Origin: Nageia nagi
Taxonomy: Eukaryota; Plantae; Pinophyta
Direction: 5' to 3'
Assembly: GCA_050084985.1 (NCBI GenBank)
Contig: JBITNC010000001.1
Location: forward strand, 73,098,001 to 73,162,000
Length of the DNA stretch: 64,000 nt
In this document: piece by piece, positions 13,855-25,109 of the stretch
Layout of the letters: every line of letters starts with the position of its first letter
Numbering within the stretch: the stretch's first letter is position 1
Program-made: the position numbers and the translations under genes
The notes under the pieces: generated by a model
The model's input: only the letters and a program-made list of their open reading frames with translations
The model's database searches: none
What the model was told of the DNA's origin: nothing

Positions 13855-16800
13855 ATGGGTTCAAAATATCATCAAACAAAGAGAGCAAGGAGGATATTGA
13901 CACCTGAAAAAATTCAAGCGAATAAAGAAAAGGAGGCAAAAATATAAAGGGATAAACATGCAAAGATTAAAGCATCAACCTCAATTGTAATTGAGCAGGA
14001 AAACATTGAGAACGTAATTGAAGAGATGTTCACATGGATGATGCAAGTGTGGAATATGTAAATATGATAGAAGCTTCAAATCCTATAAGTATCTCTTCAA
14101 ATCCAATATTGAATGAAGCTTCAAATCCTAGAAGTGCCTCTTTAAATCCAACATTGAATGAACCTTCAAATCCACCAGTGAATGAAGCTTCAATTTGGAT
14201 AATTATGGATACAAATCCAGGTCTGCCTTCAGAACCTCCTTTGAATGACATGTGAAATGTGAATATTAAATCAAATTTAAATATGCCTTTCACCCCTTCT
14301 TTTGATTATGTAGATGATATTTATTCTAATCATGAGGAAAATGAAACAGTAAATGATACTAAAAATTGTAGTTTTAATAATTCTTTGGATAATATTTTTT
14401 TCAAATTTAGAGCAATAGATTAGATAATATCCTTGGTAAGAAATCTTGGAGACAAATAAGAAGATATGATAATATGGTATATGATCAATTTTTCTCTAAA
14501 CAAACATTAGGTTTTCAATGTCAACTTCTATTGCAATTAATGAAAATTATGAAAATGAGTAAGGTAGTGAAAGCTTTAGGCATTTGTGTGAAGAAGGATG
14601 AAACCCTTAAATAAGTTATATCCATTATTGCTAGTGCCATTGACTCTATAATAAATAAGATTTGATCTAAAGATAAGAATGCAGCACGTCAAGCTATAAC
14701 AACAACTTTAGTTAGTAAAACAACTTCAAGTAAAAAAATCATAGGTAAGGTTAGTGGATTTCCAAACATTAATCGTAAAACTTTATAAAGAGTTGCAAAG
14801 AGAAGACAAAGTATTAAAATATATCCACTCAACCAATGTTGGAGTTTTAGTGGAAGAATCCCATGTTCTTACATGAAATTGAATAACGAAAATAAATCTA
14901 TAATTGAAAAAATTTGGAATGATAATATTAGGGTTTCATCTAATACTAGAGATGTTTTGAAACTAAAAGTAGGATCAAAAAATCATGATCCTCATGCTAA
15001 ACACCTATTAGATATGAATCAAATTGCATTTTATGATAAATGTTTAAGTGAATCATTATTACCATTTAAAATTGGTTAAACATCATTTGAAAAATGCAAA
15101 ACTTGGTATGTGAAAATTAACAAGCAAAGAGTATCATGTTGTTGTAAGACTCACATGCAATTTAGATATTATTATGATGTTTTTCGATATATTCCTTGTA
15201 CTTTGCATACTAATGATTTGATGCAGGAATGTAATATTACTAATATGCCTTCTAAAAATATCAATGAATTTATAGCAAGGTTATTTTGTGAACCTCCTAA
15301 TGATCAATTATTTTATTTGAAGGAATGTATTTCTGGAGAATGTATTGGATGTGGTAACTTTTCATTGTTAGGATGATGTATATATGAAATAAGTGAACAT
15401 TAATTTGGACAACAATTAGTGGACATTAAAAAATTCAAGAATATTGAGTATGCTTTAAAAGATGGAAAAATTGGAAAGCATGTTGATTTGGTCATTGAAA
15501 ACATTAGTGTGCATACATTTATAGATGATTTTAAGAGTTGGATACTACCCAAATATGTACAACACTCCCAACATGCTCAATGGCTTGATAGTCAATTTTT
15601 CTTATGTAGAAACATATTTTCAATTAGAACTATATTATCAATGGTTGATTTTGCATAAAACTATACTCTTGCACCATAAGAAGAAATTCAGTCTCAATAT
15701 TACAATTCAATGCAAGTTTCCATTTTTGTTCATATTGTATATAGACATGCAATTGATAGTATTGAAGATAATAGACAAATTTTGTGGGAGTACCATTTCT
15801 ACGTAAGTGATAACCGATTACATTAACCCAAGTTTATCCAATATTGCTTCAAGGTATTTTATGACAATTTGAAGGAAAGAGAAATTCAAATGGCACAATA
15901 TTTAATTTGATCAGATAATTGTACGAGATAGTTTAAAAATGTATGTATGTTTTATTGGCTAAGTAGGGTTCACAACAACATATGAGGAGTTCTTTTAAGT
16001 TGGACATGGTAAAGGAGAACATGATGGAGTTGGTGCATGCGTTAAAAGAGCTCTTGCTAGAGAGCAACTAAAATTTGTAGAAGCGACCAAATTTATAGAT
16101 TCAAGTGCAATTGTGGATTCGTGTAGTACAAAACTATCTAGAGGATTAAGTGAAAATTCTACAATTCAACTATTCTTTTAGTTAGTTGAGGAAAAGGATA
16201 TTCGAATTCATCATGATTGTGAGACAATCAATGGATTAGCAAAGTGGCGTTCATTTAGGAGATCAAATACAAGCACATGGACTTTATGGACAAGAGATCT
16301 TGCATGTTTTTTGTCAATTTTGTATTGTAGGTGATTGAGAATCATGTACAAATAAAGAATGGGTTGAGGAATGGAAACAAAGATATTTGACACCTATGCA
16401 ATCAAATGATCAATAGGAAACATGAATTGCATATGAGAATCAAGTTTTTGCATCAGATGACTATGATCATGTTTTAGATCTTGTACAAGAAGGTAATTTA
16501 ATTTGTTATATTATATGAATGCATAATTATGTATATATGTTAGTTTTATATATGTTATACTTTATTCATACAAATTTTGGCTGTAAGACATGTGTATGCT
16601 ATTGTGGCACCTAAGAGAAATGAAGGGGGAATAGAGTATTGGTTAGCTCGATGTGTTGAAACAAAACATAAGTTAACTCATACTCAAGTTGATGATGATA
16701 GTTTTGAGTATCCAACAAGTTCTGTGGTGGTTGTTGGCACATGCTATGAGCATATATCATAAGACATAATGGTTTTCCTGTATACAAAGATTATCAAATA

Positions 16801-16971
16801 GATAAGAAGATTATACACTACTCACACTTGGTACTGGCAACAAATATAAAACTTGATAGATTTCATGGGAGACCTCGTAATAACGTGTTGTGAAAAACTT
16901 CGATGGAGGAACATGAAACAATTATAGATGCATTACAAAAAAGAGATGATGCATATGGTAAAATAGATTGA
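13855..16971 (+). pseudogene. Sola2-like DDD transposase pseudogene
   Basis: Motifs in order: SCCCKTH, CISGECIGCG, VDFA*NY (D at 15647), *SDNCTR*FKN (D at 15914), GHGKGEHDGVGACVKRAL (D at 16023). One apparent GT-AG intron near 16493-16587. Many stops at W/Q/E/R codons. Confidence 0.8.
14065..14250 (+). repeat. Coding repeat (NEASNP/NEPSNP units) in the transposase N-terminus
   Basis: Recurring GAAGCTTCAAATCC / GAACCTTCAAATCC units; see ORF 14034-14255. Confidence 0.6.
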
Positions 16972-17008
16972 AAAACACAGGTACTTGTTTATAACTTAAT
17001 ATTCTTAT

Positions 17009-17064
17009 CCCTAATCCCTAGTCCCTAATCCCTAACCCCTAATCCATAACCCATAATCCCTAAC
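17009..17064 (+). repeat. Telomere-like heptamer array, 8 x CCCTAAY (degenerate)
   Basis: ccctaat ccctagt ccctaat ccctaac ccctaat ccataac ccataat ccctaac, followed by a ~70 nt C/T-rich tract. Confidence 0.85.
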
Positions 17065-17135
17065 CCCTTTCCTCCTCCTCTTCTCCCTCCCCTTCTTCCC
17101 CTCCCCTTATTTCTCCTCCCATACCCTTCCCCTCA

Positions 17136-17208
17136 ATTGTCTTAGCTCAGTTGGTAGAGCGTGTGGCTTTTAACCACGTGCTGATGGGTTTGATTCCCAT
17201 AGACAACA
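17136..17208 (+). tRNA. tRNA-Lys(UUU), probably a pseudogene
   Basis: 73 nt cloverleaf: A-box TAGCTCAGTTGGTAGAGC, anticodon arm TGTGG-CTTTTAA-CCACG (TTT at 17169-17171), T-loop GGTTTGATTCCC (TTCG changed to TTTG), acceptor ATTGTCT/AGACAAC. Resembles plant nuclear tRNA-Lys-TTT with C>T/G>A changes. Confidence 0.88.
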
Positions 17209-17214
17209 TGTACC

Positions 17215-18700
17215 TTCTAACTTAAATGACCTTATGTACCTATAAACTTCTATCCTTAGGTAAGTTCATAAGGATAATAAAGACTCAAATTGAACCAATC
17301 ATTCTATGATGAATGCACTCTGAATTTGATTAACAATAAACTTTTTCAACATTGTTAATGTTGTCTACTTTTTTATGATTTAGTCCTTAATTAATCCTTA
17401 TTCTATTCCTTCTTAATTCTTAAATTTTTTTGTCTTCTATTATCGTTATTAGTTCACATTTGAGACTAGAAAGTTTGGAAGAGAATAATATATTGGTGAA
17501 TCACTCTAAAGATTATAATAATTATCATTCTAACTTATTATAGTCATGTAAATAAAATAAACCACCTAAGGCTTCTTGAGTATGATTAGAAATAAAATAT
17601 GCATCTTTCCAAATTACTTAAAGACATCTACATTTGTCTCTTCTATTTTTATTTCCTATAACAGAACTTGATTTGTGGTCTTAATTATTTTCAATATATA
17701 TATATATATTTTGTCATTTAGGCATCTTATACTCTAGATGAGGATCTTCATCATTTAGATTTGTAAATATTTTCTTCCTATCGCCCTCTTAACATTAGAG
17801 AGGAATGTATCATGTATCGTGTAACATTAGGGAGGAATATATCATCCTCTTAACTATTTGGGTTCCTTCATCTTTCTCTACCTCAATTTCTAAGAGTCAT
17901 AGTTCCTAGTTAGATAATGTGCTACTATTTTTTTAATATCTAGATCTAAAATTTATGTTATGAGGTTTTTTGTAAGAGGCCTTGAAGAGGAAGTCTTTTT
18001 ACTAAATAAGTTTTATTGGGAGGTTTAAAATTCTTGTTCAAGGAAAACTTCTTTATTAGTCATTAAGGGGGCCATTCAATTTTTTGTACAAAATCAACCT
18101 CTTGGGAGGAAAGTAGGACTTTTACCCCTTAGGGTTCTATTTCTAGGTGTAAACATTTATAAATAGTACTAGTAGAAATTTCTAGAGTTGGAAGGGTTAT
18201 CTCCTACTTTGGAGTCCTCTTATATTGGGTGTCACTATCTCAAGAGGGTCCTACTTATTGTTGGGTTTGCTTGAGGTTTAGTTCTAGAATCTCTCCTTCT
18301 TCCATATCTTGATATTTTTTATGAAAAGTATTTATGTCCTAACGGAGGAGCTCCATGGTACTAGCGGAACCAATGTCATCTTCCTATGGAGGTCCTTTTG
18401 GCCAACCTATTTGTGGAGCTAGTTTATACCTTGAAGTTTCAATTTTATGAGTGTATTTTCAATTTACCATCAAGCATATAGTACCTTCATGAGATAAAAT
18501 CTTGGAATATTTGATAAACTTCTTAAGATATTATTAATGTATTCCAATAACTAACTTAGTATGAGATCTAATGTGTAAAAGTAATCCAAAATACTTGATT
18601 ATTGATTCATATAATTTTCCCCCTAGTGATAATTTCTAAGGAATCTAAACATCATACCATAATAAATTCGTTTAACTTATGAGCTAACTTATTTACTTTA
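17215..18700 (-). mobile_element. Highly decayed LINE fragment (ORF1 end and ORF2 endonuclease start)
   Basis: Minus strand near 17750 reads MKILI*SIRCLN (decayed MKIxSWNIRGLN), then L*EIK and a GDF-like motif. Upstream is a low-complexity ORF1-like tail (MEEGEILE). Confidence 0.55.
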
Positions 18701-19266
18701 GAGAATGTTGTATAGGAAATTGATAAATTACAAGTTATCTATATTTTGTGTACGTAGATTAAATAACTTTTTATCATGAGCTAATTCTACTAGATTAACT
18801 TGGTATTTTTACAAATTCCCCTATCATAATCACTAAATTCTCCTATCATAATTACTAAATTGCCCTATCATAATTTAACTTGGTGTACATTAAATTGTCC
18901 ATGTATGTTCAACATAACAACATAAAAACATCAAAATAACATGTAATTCATTGACATGCCTCCACAAAAATCTATGATAAAATCATGCATATATATCAAA
19001 AAATAATGTATAGTCCATAGTCCCTAATAATGTCCATAATAACACCCATGGTCCATAACAATGTCCATGATCGTGTAAGAATGTACATCTAGTCTCAGAC
19101 AACACATACATGTACATGTATATATATATCAAAAAATACAAAGCACATGTAGTCTTAAGTTCTCAAAAATGTATATAACAATAGACCTAAGACATGCATA
19201 TATTTAACAGAATGGACCTAAGTCCTCAAAAATGTATCTACTCATATCTAAGTCCATAGGATCTAT

Positions 19267-21154
19267 CTAACTACATCCACCCACCCTATCATAATCAATC
19301 TTCCTTTTAGTTCCTCGCAATGAAGGTGAAACTGTAGAGTCCTCATGATGCTAGATACAAGATAAAGAAAAGTAAAATCAGATTTTTAAAAATTTGATTC
19401 AATTTCTTGATAAATTATATTGTTCACTAATCTATATATATGTACATGCCATGTAAAAAAGTATAAAATTTACCACATCATGATGCTTCTCTACACGTTC
19501 AGCAACCATTGGATGTTGTTGTGCAACCTGTAGTGTATCTGATGTATTAATACAAAATGTATCATCAACTAGATCCTACAAGATCAAATAAAGCAAAAAT
19601 CGAAATAAATACATGTTACTTATGTTATAGATCAAATAAAGCATCAAATAAAATGCATGTGTAAACTAATTATTTTAACAATATTACCTCAAATCTATCA
19701 AGTGGCTTAGAGTGAAATTGTGTCTCCCCAGTAACTTGGTGATCAGGATTCGTCTTAATGGTGATATCAACCTGCAAACATATATACAATTTACATGTTA
19801 GATCTAGTGAAAAATAAGAGTACATAATAACGACTAGTATTTAATTAAGAAAATACATACAACGGGTGGTAGATCATGAACAATAGTCACCATAGGAGTA
19901 GTACGTGAACATCCCATGATCTACCTGTAATAACAAAAATATTATATGATAATGCACAGACATGTATACAAAAGTGAAATACTTGACATTACAATTTAAA
20001 CGAGTAGTAAATTTGATTACCTCAAAGGGTGCCTAATCTTGTCTAGGAGTGGATATAATATGACCTCAATCATATCCATATGATGATGTAGAGCCCATCC
20101 TCTGCACCAAAAAAATATAAATATAAGATTGATATATTAATTGCATAAAATTATCCTTATTAAATATAAAATGTATACCTTAAAACTACACATGAAATTT
20201 ACCTATTTAGTAGAAGGATAACCACCTAATAACATCTGCATAAAACTATCATGATCAGTATTTGCTATAGCTACACCTGGAATGGGCCCAAAACACATCT
20301 AGTGGCAATGTTAGCAAGTGTGAGGCATCATCGCCTGCGAGCTACTAGACCCCTCTCCATCAAATCCTCCTTGATGTCTCTCATTGAACTCAACTACCAC
20401 TCAATCTCGATAGCTGACTCAATCCCTCTAACATTGAAACCATTGCAGAACTAAGAATAGTTATAGGAATAGTATATCTAGCAGAAGGGACAAGAGGTGG
20501 AACATGCATGGGTCAATTAGGATCGACCCATGCCCTTAGCCTATCCTGTGGACAGCTAAGACCAACACCCTAAGATGATCTAATACAATGAGATATCGCT
20601 TCCATTGCCATGTGGGGCATGATCAAATACCATCTATCCCAAAAATGACGGACTATCTTAAGATGGGTACACCACCTAATACTAATTCTTTGTTTACTAG
20701 GTAGGATTGGCTTATTGGTTTTGGAATCAATGAAGTACTCAAATATTGTTTGTTTAGTAATTTTTAGGTCATTTATCTCCTTATAAGAAAGACCATCTGC
20801 ATAAAATCATCTAGCCTCCTCTCGTGATGTACAATAATGATCAATACCCTCACCCAAGGACCTAACAGTATTAACTATGGTTTGCATCATAGATACAAAC
20901 CGTGACGTATGGGGGGGAAGATCCCTACCAAGAGTATGGAGTGCACTAATTCTATCCTATAAGACATTGATATTTTGAGTAATAGTTGCTCTAAGGCGAT
21001 CCTCATCTGACTGAGGGGGTGGGGGGTTTTCATGAGGTGGACTAAAGGGTGCCTTTAGGGGGTTCTCATCATATGGACTATGGAGTGAAGATTGGAGAAT
21101 TTCATGATGTGGAGAGGGTGGATGTGGGGGATCGATAATAACAAAAGGTACAAC
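19267..21154 (-). pseudogene. Multi-exon accessory gene of the Sola2-like element, unknown protein
   Basis: Six GT-AG-bounded exons: 21154-20203, 20101-20021 (81 nt), 19924-19861 (64 nt, 1 bp shift), 19771-19688 (84), 19575-19474 (102), 19350-19267 (84, ends TAG). Introns are phase 0 and the last three exons are fully open. Possible non-coding first exon ends at the donor at 24507. Confidence 0.75.
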
Positions 21155-21300
21155 CTACACACATTAACAATTTACTAAGTATAAACAAAGGGCACTTGTA
21201 TATATAAATTCAAAATACGAAATAATATGAACTTAAGTGAATATACATAATCTAATCTATGAAAGCATAATTATCTCAAAAGGATATTTAATATGATATA

Positions 21301-21422
21301 AATACAAATGTTATAAATAAATGATGTAAATGCAAATGTTAAAAATAAATGATGTAAATGCAAATGTTAAAAATAAATGATGTAAATACAAATGTTAAAA
21401 ATAAATGATGTAAATACAAATG
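21301..21422. repeat. 28 bp minisatellite, about 4.4 copies
   Basis: AATRCAAATGTTAAAAATAAATGATGTA repeated in tandem. Confidence 0.9.
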
Positions 21423-21463
21423 ATATTCATCACAATATTTAAAATTGATAATGTTCATTCAAT

Positions 21464-21550
21464 ACACCTAGATGTAGTTGGATTGAAGTCAAGAAAAAAG
21501 GGTACACGTTTTTATAAGAAAAGGGTACATAGTTCATGAAAAGGGTTTTT
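21464..21550 (+). pseudogene. PPR E/E+ junction fragment
   Basis: TPRCSWIEVKK then AGGGTACACGTTTTT (RVHVF after a frameshift), matching the PGxSWIEV...VHxF box. Confidence 0.65.
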
Positions 21551-22299
21551 TAAGCAGGTTAGACTATGTTAGAGCTGATATGAGGAGGACCATCTATGAT
21601 ATGTTTAATGTAACTTATAAGATGGGAATCTGGGCAATGGAAATGGGCATGTGGGATCCCTTTGTTCCTCTTGAAACTCTTTTATCGTCTTGATAAAGTT
21701 GAAATTCTAGTGGGAAAGGAATCCTCCAAGAGGATGGGAGGTAATGAAACCCTAAGCAATAAAGGAAAGACAAGTCTTTTCATGATATAGTTAAGGAAAG
21801 GGGATTGACAATCTAGCACTAATCCTCCTCTAAAAAACTCTTTTAATGATTGTAAATCCTAATCAAAATAAAAATGGATGTCTAACAAAGAGTAATTTGC
21901 CACTTATCTCAAATAAAAAGTAAACTTATCTCAAAGTTGAACTAATTATGCCATAAAAAGAGAAAAGAATGGTTACTACATATTCTCATAATATTGTTGA
22001 TTTCTAGGTTACTTTAAATAGAGGTGATAATTCATCACACGTGCAAATTGTAAGACAATATAGTTGCATCGCCCATCCAACTCAAAATTATGCTTAAAGA
22101 ATGTATATGCAATGTCAATGTAAGTGTCATAATCAAGATATAGAGTAATAAGGGATATAGAATGGGATTCTTGAATTGAGATCATTGGCCCTAACAACCT
22201 TATGGAAGTGATGGTTTATCCATTGATCTCATGGACTTCATAATCATGATCTACCTCATGGACATGTTGACCCTTTGGTTGGTTAGAATGAGAAACTTA

Positions 22300-23700
22300 A
22301 TAATTCTTGGTATTGTTTATTTTATTTTCCTATGCAAGCCAACTTTGATAACATAATATCAAATTGACACCTCTCCTTTGCTAATTACTAAGTCCAAAAT
22401 ATGATGGAAGCATATCCAATGCGTATTAGAGATAATTTTGGTTGGGATATTTTGTTGGATAAGTAAAAGCCACTATGGAAAACCATGTAAAACAAAGGGT
22501 AATTTGCTACTTCTAGGGAACACAAATCAACTACTAAGATATCAAAAATTGGGAACTACTCATTTCTCAATTTATCAAATAGTGAGATTTATGTAAGTCA
22601 TTATTCCAAAGGTTATTATTTTCCATTATTTTCTAATGAAGATGATAGAGATTATATTTTACAAGAAGGTCCATGGTTCTTTAGTCTAGATCAAGATTAT
22701 TTATGAAGCCATGGTATTTCGATTTCAAGTTAATGAAGGAAAATGCCATTAGTCTATGGAATGAAGGGATTCTTGATTCAACTAGTAACTCAATAGGAAT
22801 TTGTATTTCCATGTTGAATCATGCTTATGAGTGTAAATCCTTGGTATACACTAAACTCTATACCCACATGGACTTGGAAGCCCCTCTTCTCACAAATATC
22901 TTGATCAATCTCCCCGATGAGGGTCTAGAATGAGAATAACCCATCAATTATGAAAGCATCCCCATCACATATATGATACATGTTTTGAATACAACAATCT
23001 AGATAAAAGTTTTCCACATAGCATCCAAAAATAGCCTAAACCTAAGCCTATGGAGGATGGTTTCCACCATCCCAAGAGAAAAAACCATTTGGGTAAAACC
23101 CTTCAATAAAAAAAAAAAAAGAGACTAGAATCCTAATCCTAGTACTCCATACTAGACCCTAACATGAATGTCTCACTCGAAAATAGTTTTCATAGCCTAG
23201 TCAATGAGGGCACACCCTTGGATGGCCCTATACTTCCCTAAAGTAGTTGTTCGCCCAAATCCATAATGGATGATAAAATAATAGACATTATTCCATTAGA
23301 CAATAATCCTCTATTCTTAGTATATAAGATACAACATTAATAGTTAATCCTTATTTACCTTTTTCTTTATAATAAATTAACAATAATATGTTGAAAAGCC
23401 CTCAAATCATAAGTCTCGCTACGAAAGAAATCCAAATTCATGTGGGAATTATTTCTCCAACTCCTCACAAGTAGAATTACTAAGGATCCTCTATTAAACA
23501 AACCCCAAACAATGTAAATACATCATAAATTGGAAACTATGGAAAAAGAAGCCATCAAGATAAAGATAAATTACAAGAAGTTGCAAGAGAAGGCATAGGA
23601 GGGGGAACTTTGTAGCAATTAGAGAATATGATAGATCTAAAGAAGGATAAATAGATGAATGATTATCTACTCATAGAAAACTTGAGGCCTCTATTTCTTT
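22300..23700 (+). mobile_element. LINE ORF1 (DUF4283-type) remnant
   Basis: KGYYFPLFSNEDDRDYILQEGPWFF and MKPWYFDF motifs typical of plant L1 ORF1. Confidence 0.7.
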
Positions 23701-23748
23701 GATCTCCCTAGTGTTCTACTTTTTTTAACTAAAATATTTGTAGGAAAA

Positions 23749-23944
23749 GGGGAATTTGTCGCAACAATCCTCTTTTCATTGGAACCTACAAATTTAAGGT
23801 CCACATGCATGTATTACGTTCTTCTTTCAAATATTTATTTTGAAGTGGGCACTTGGGATAATATTCAAAGAGTAAGGACATTGATGAAGGATAGTTGGAT
23901 TCAAGTTGACAAAATGGTACATATTTTTCTCGTACGAGCCAATG
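23749..23944 (+). pseudogene. Captured PLS-class PPR E/E+ domain fragment
   Basis: Frame reads GEFVATILFSLEPTN...YYVLLSNIYFEVGTWDNIQRVRTLMKD-SWIQVDKMVHIFLV. Confidence 0.85.
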
Positions 23945-24262
23945 TTGGGTTGAAGTTGACAAACGCATAAATGTTTTTTCTTGTATACGATGACCAATCT
24001 TGGATTGAAGTTTACAAAAGGGTACATATTTTTCTTGTATGAGCCTAATGTTTTGGGTTGAAGTTATTCCAAAAGGGTAAATGTTTTTCTTGTACGAGAT
24101 GATCAATGTTCCAAATTGAAGTTGACAAAAGGGTACATGTTTTTCTTGTACAAGCCAATGTTCGATTGAAGTTGACAAAAGGTTAAATAGTTTTATTGTA
24201 TACATGATGATCAGTGTTGGATTGTTCAGTTGAAAAAGGGTACTTGTTTTTTGTTTTATGAT
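23895..24262 (+). repeat. About 7 tandem 50-56 bp units derived from the PPR E+ WIEVDKRVHVFLV coding segment
   Basis: Consensus TTGGATTGAAGTTGACAAAAGGGTACATGTTTTTCTTGTA..., alternating short (GAGCCAATG) and long (GATGATCAATG) endings. Confidence 0.85.
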
Positions 24263-25109
24263 ATGTAGTTCTATTAAAGTTAAGTAAACTATTAACTTTT
24301 TAATGTAATTATTCATTTTTTTAATTAAACTAAACTAATTATGCAAGAAAAGCGTGAAATGCAAAAATTAAAGTACACTAAATTTGCAAATAAAAAACTA
24401 AATTAAAATACACCCATAAAACTAAGATATTAAAGTACACACCCATAAAACTAAATTTATAAGTATTTTTGCAAATAAAAAACAAGAGAAGCAAGAAATA
24501 GCATACCCAGAGAGCTGAAGAAGGTCGTGTGGCGGATGCAGAGCACATGGTGGCGGGCCTCCTCAAACCGAAATTGTGTTCATTGCAGGAGAGAATGAGG
24601 GCCTGCAAGCTATCTTCATGGGGTTTATATTCTACAAAACAAAATTTGGGTTCTCAAGAACTGAAATTTCATTTTTGAAAACCAAAATTTCATTCCTTAA
24701 GAACAAAAATTTTTGTTTTTAAAGATTGAAATTTTATTTCGTTTTCATTCGAGAGGCAAAAAGAAACGAAAGTTCGATCTTTAAAAACCAAAATTTTGTT
24801 TTAGTCCACCATTTTTTTTTAAGTGATGATGTCCACCTTAAGTGGATTCATCTTCTTACACTTACCCAACAAGGTGTTATCATTTTGGCATTTTTTGTAT
24901 TTTATATTCCTATATAATAATAATAATTTAATATTAATTTAAATTATAAATAACTATAATAGATATAAAAATCTAAAAAGATTATTAATTATTATTATAA
25001 ATAGTTAGCTATCATGCTTCTAATATAAAATTTATTTTCTTTCAATAATATAATGAGTTAGACAATAAACATAATCATATATATTATATACACGATGATA
25101 ATTAATTAC

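Larger units (their letters stand above)
12674..24867 (+). mobile_element. Large Sola2-like DNA transposon with two convergent genes and cargo
   Basis: Left end GGGTAAGTACAGGAAGATGGGTCCA versus reverse complement of right end GGGTAAGTGTAAGAAGATGAATCCA (20/25 identical). AACA flanks both ends (12670-12673 and 24868-24871). DDD transposase inside. Confidence 0.8.

Noticed and set aside
23895-24262. CRISPR-like repeat array
   Set aside because: Units are contiguous and degenerate with no unique spacers, no cas genes are present, the context is eukaryotic, and the unit derives from PPR coding sequence.
23786-24316. 176 aa minus-strand ORF
   Set aside because: It is the antisense reading of the PPR-derived minisatellite; its repeated KYVPFCQL reflects the DNA repeat.
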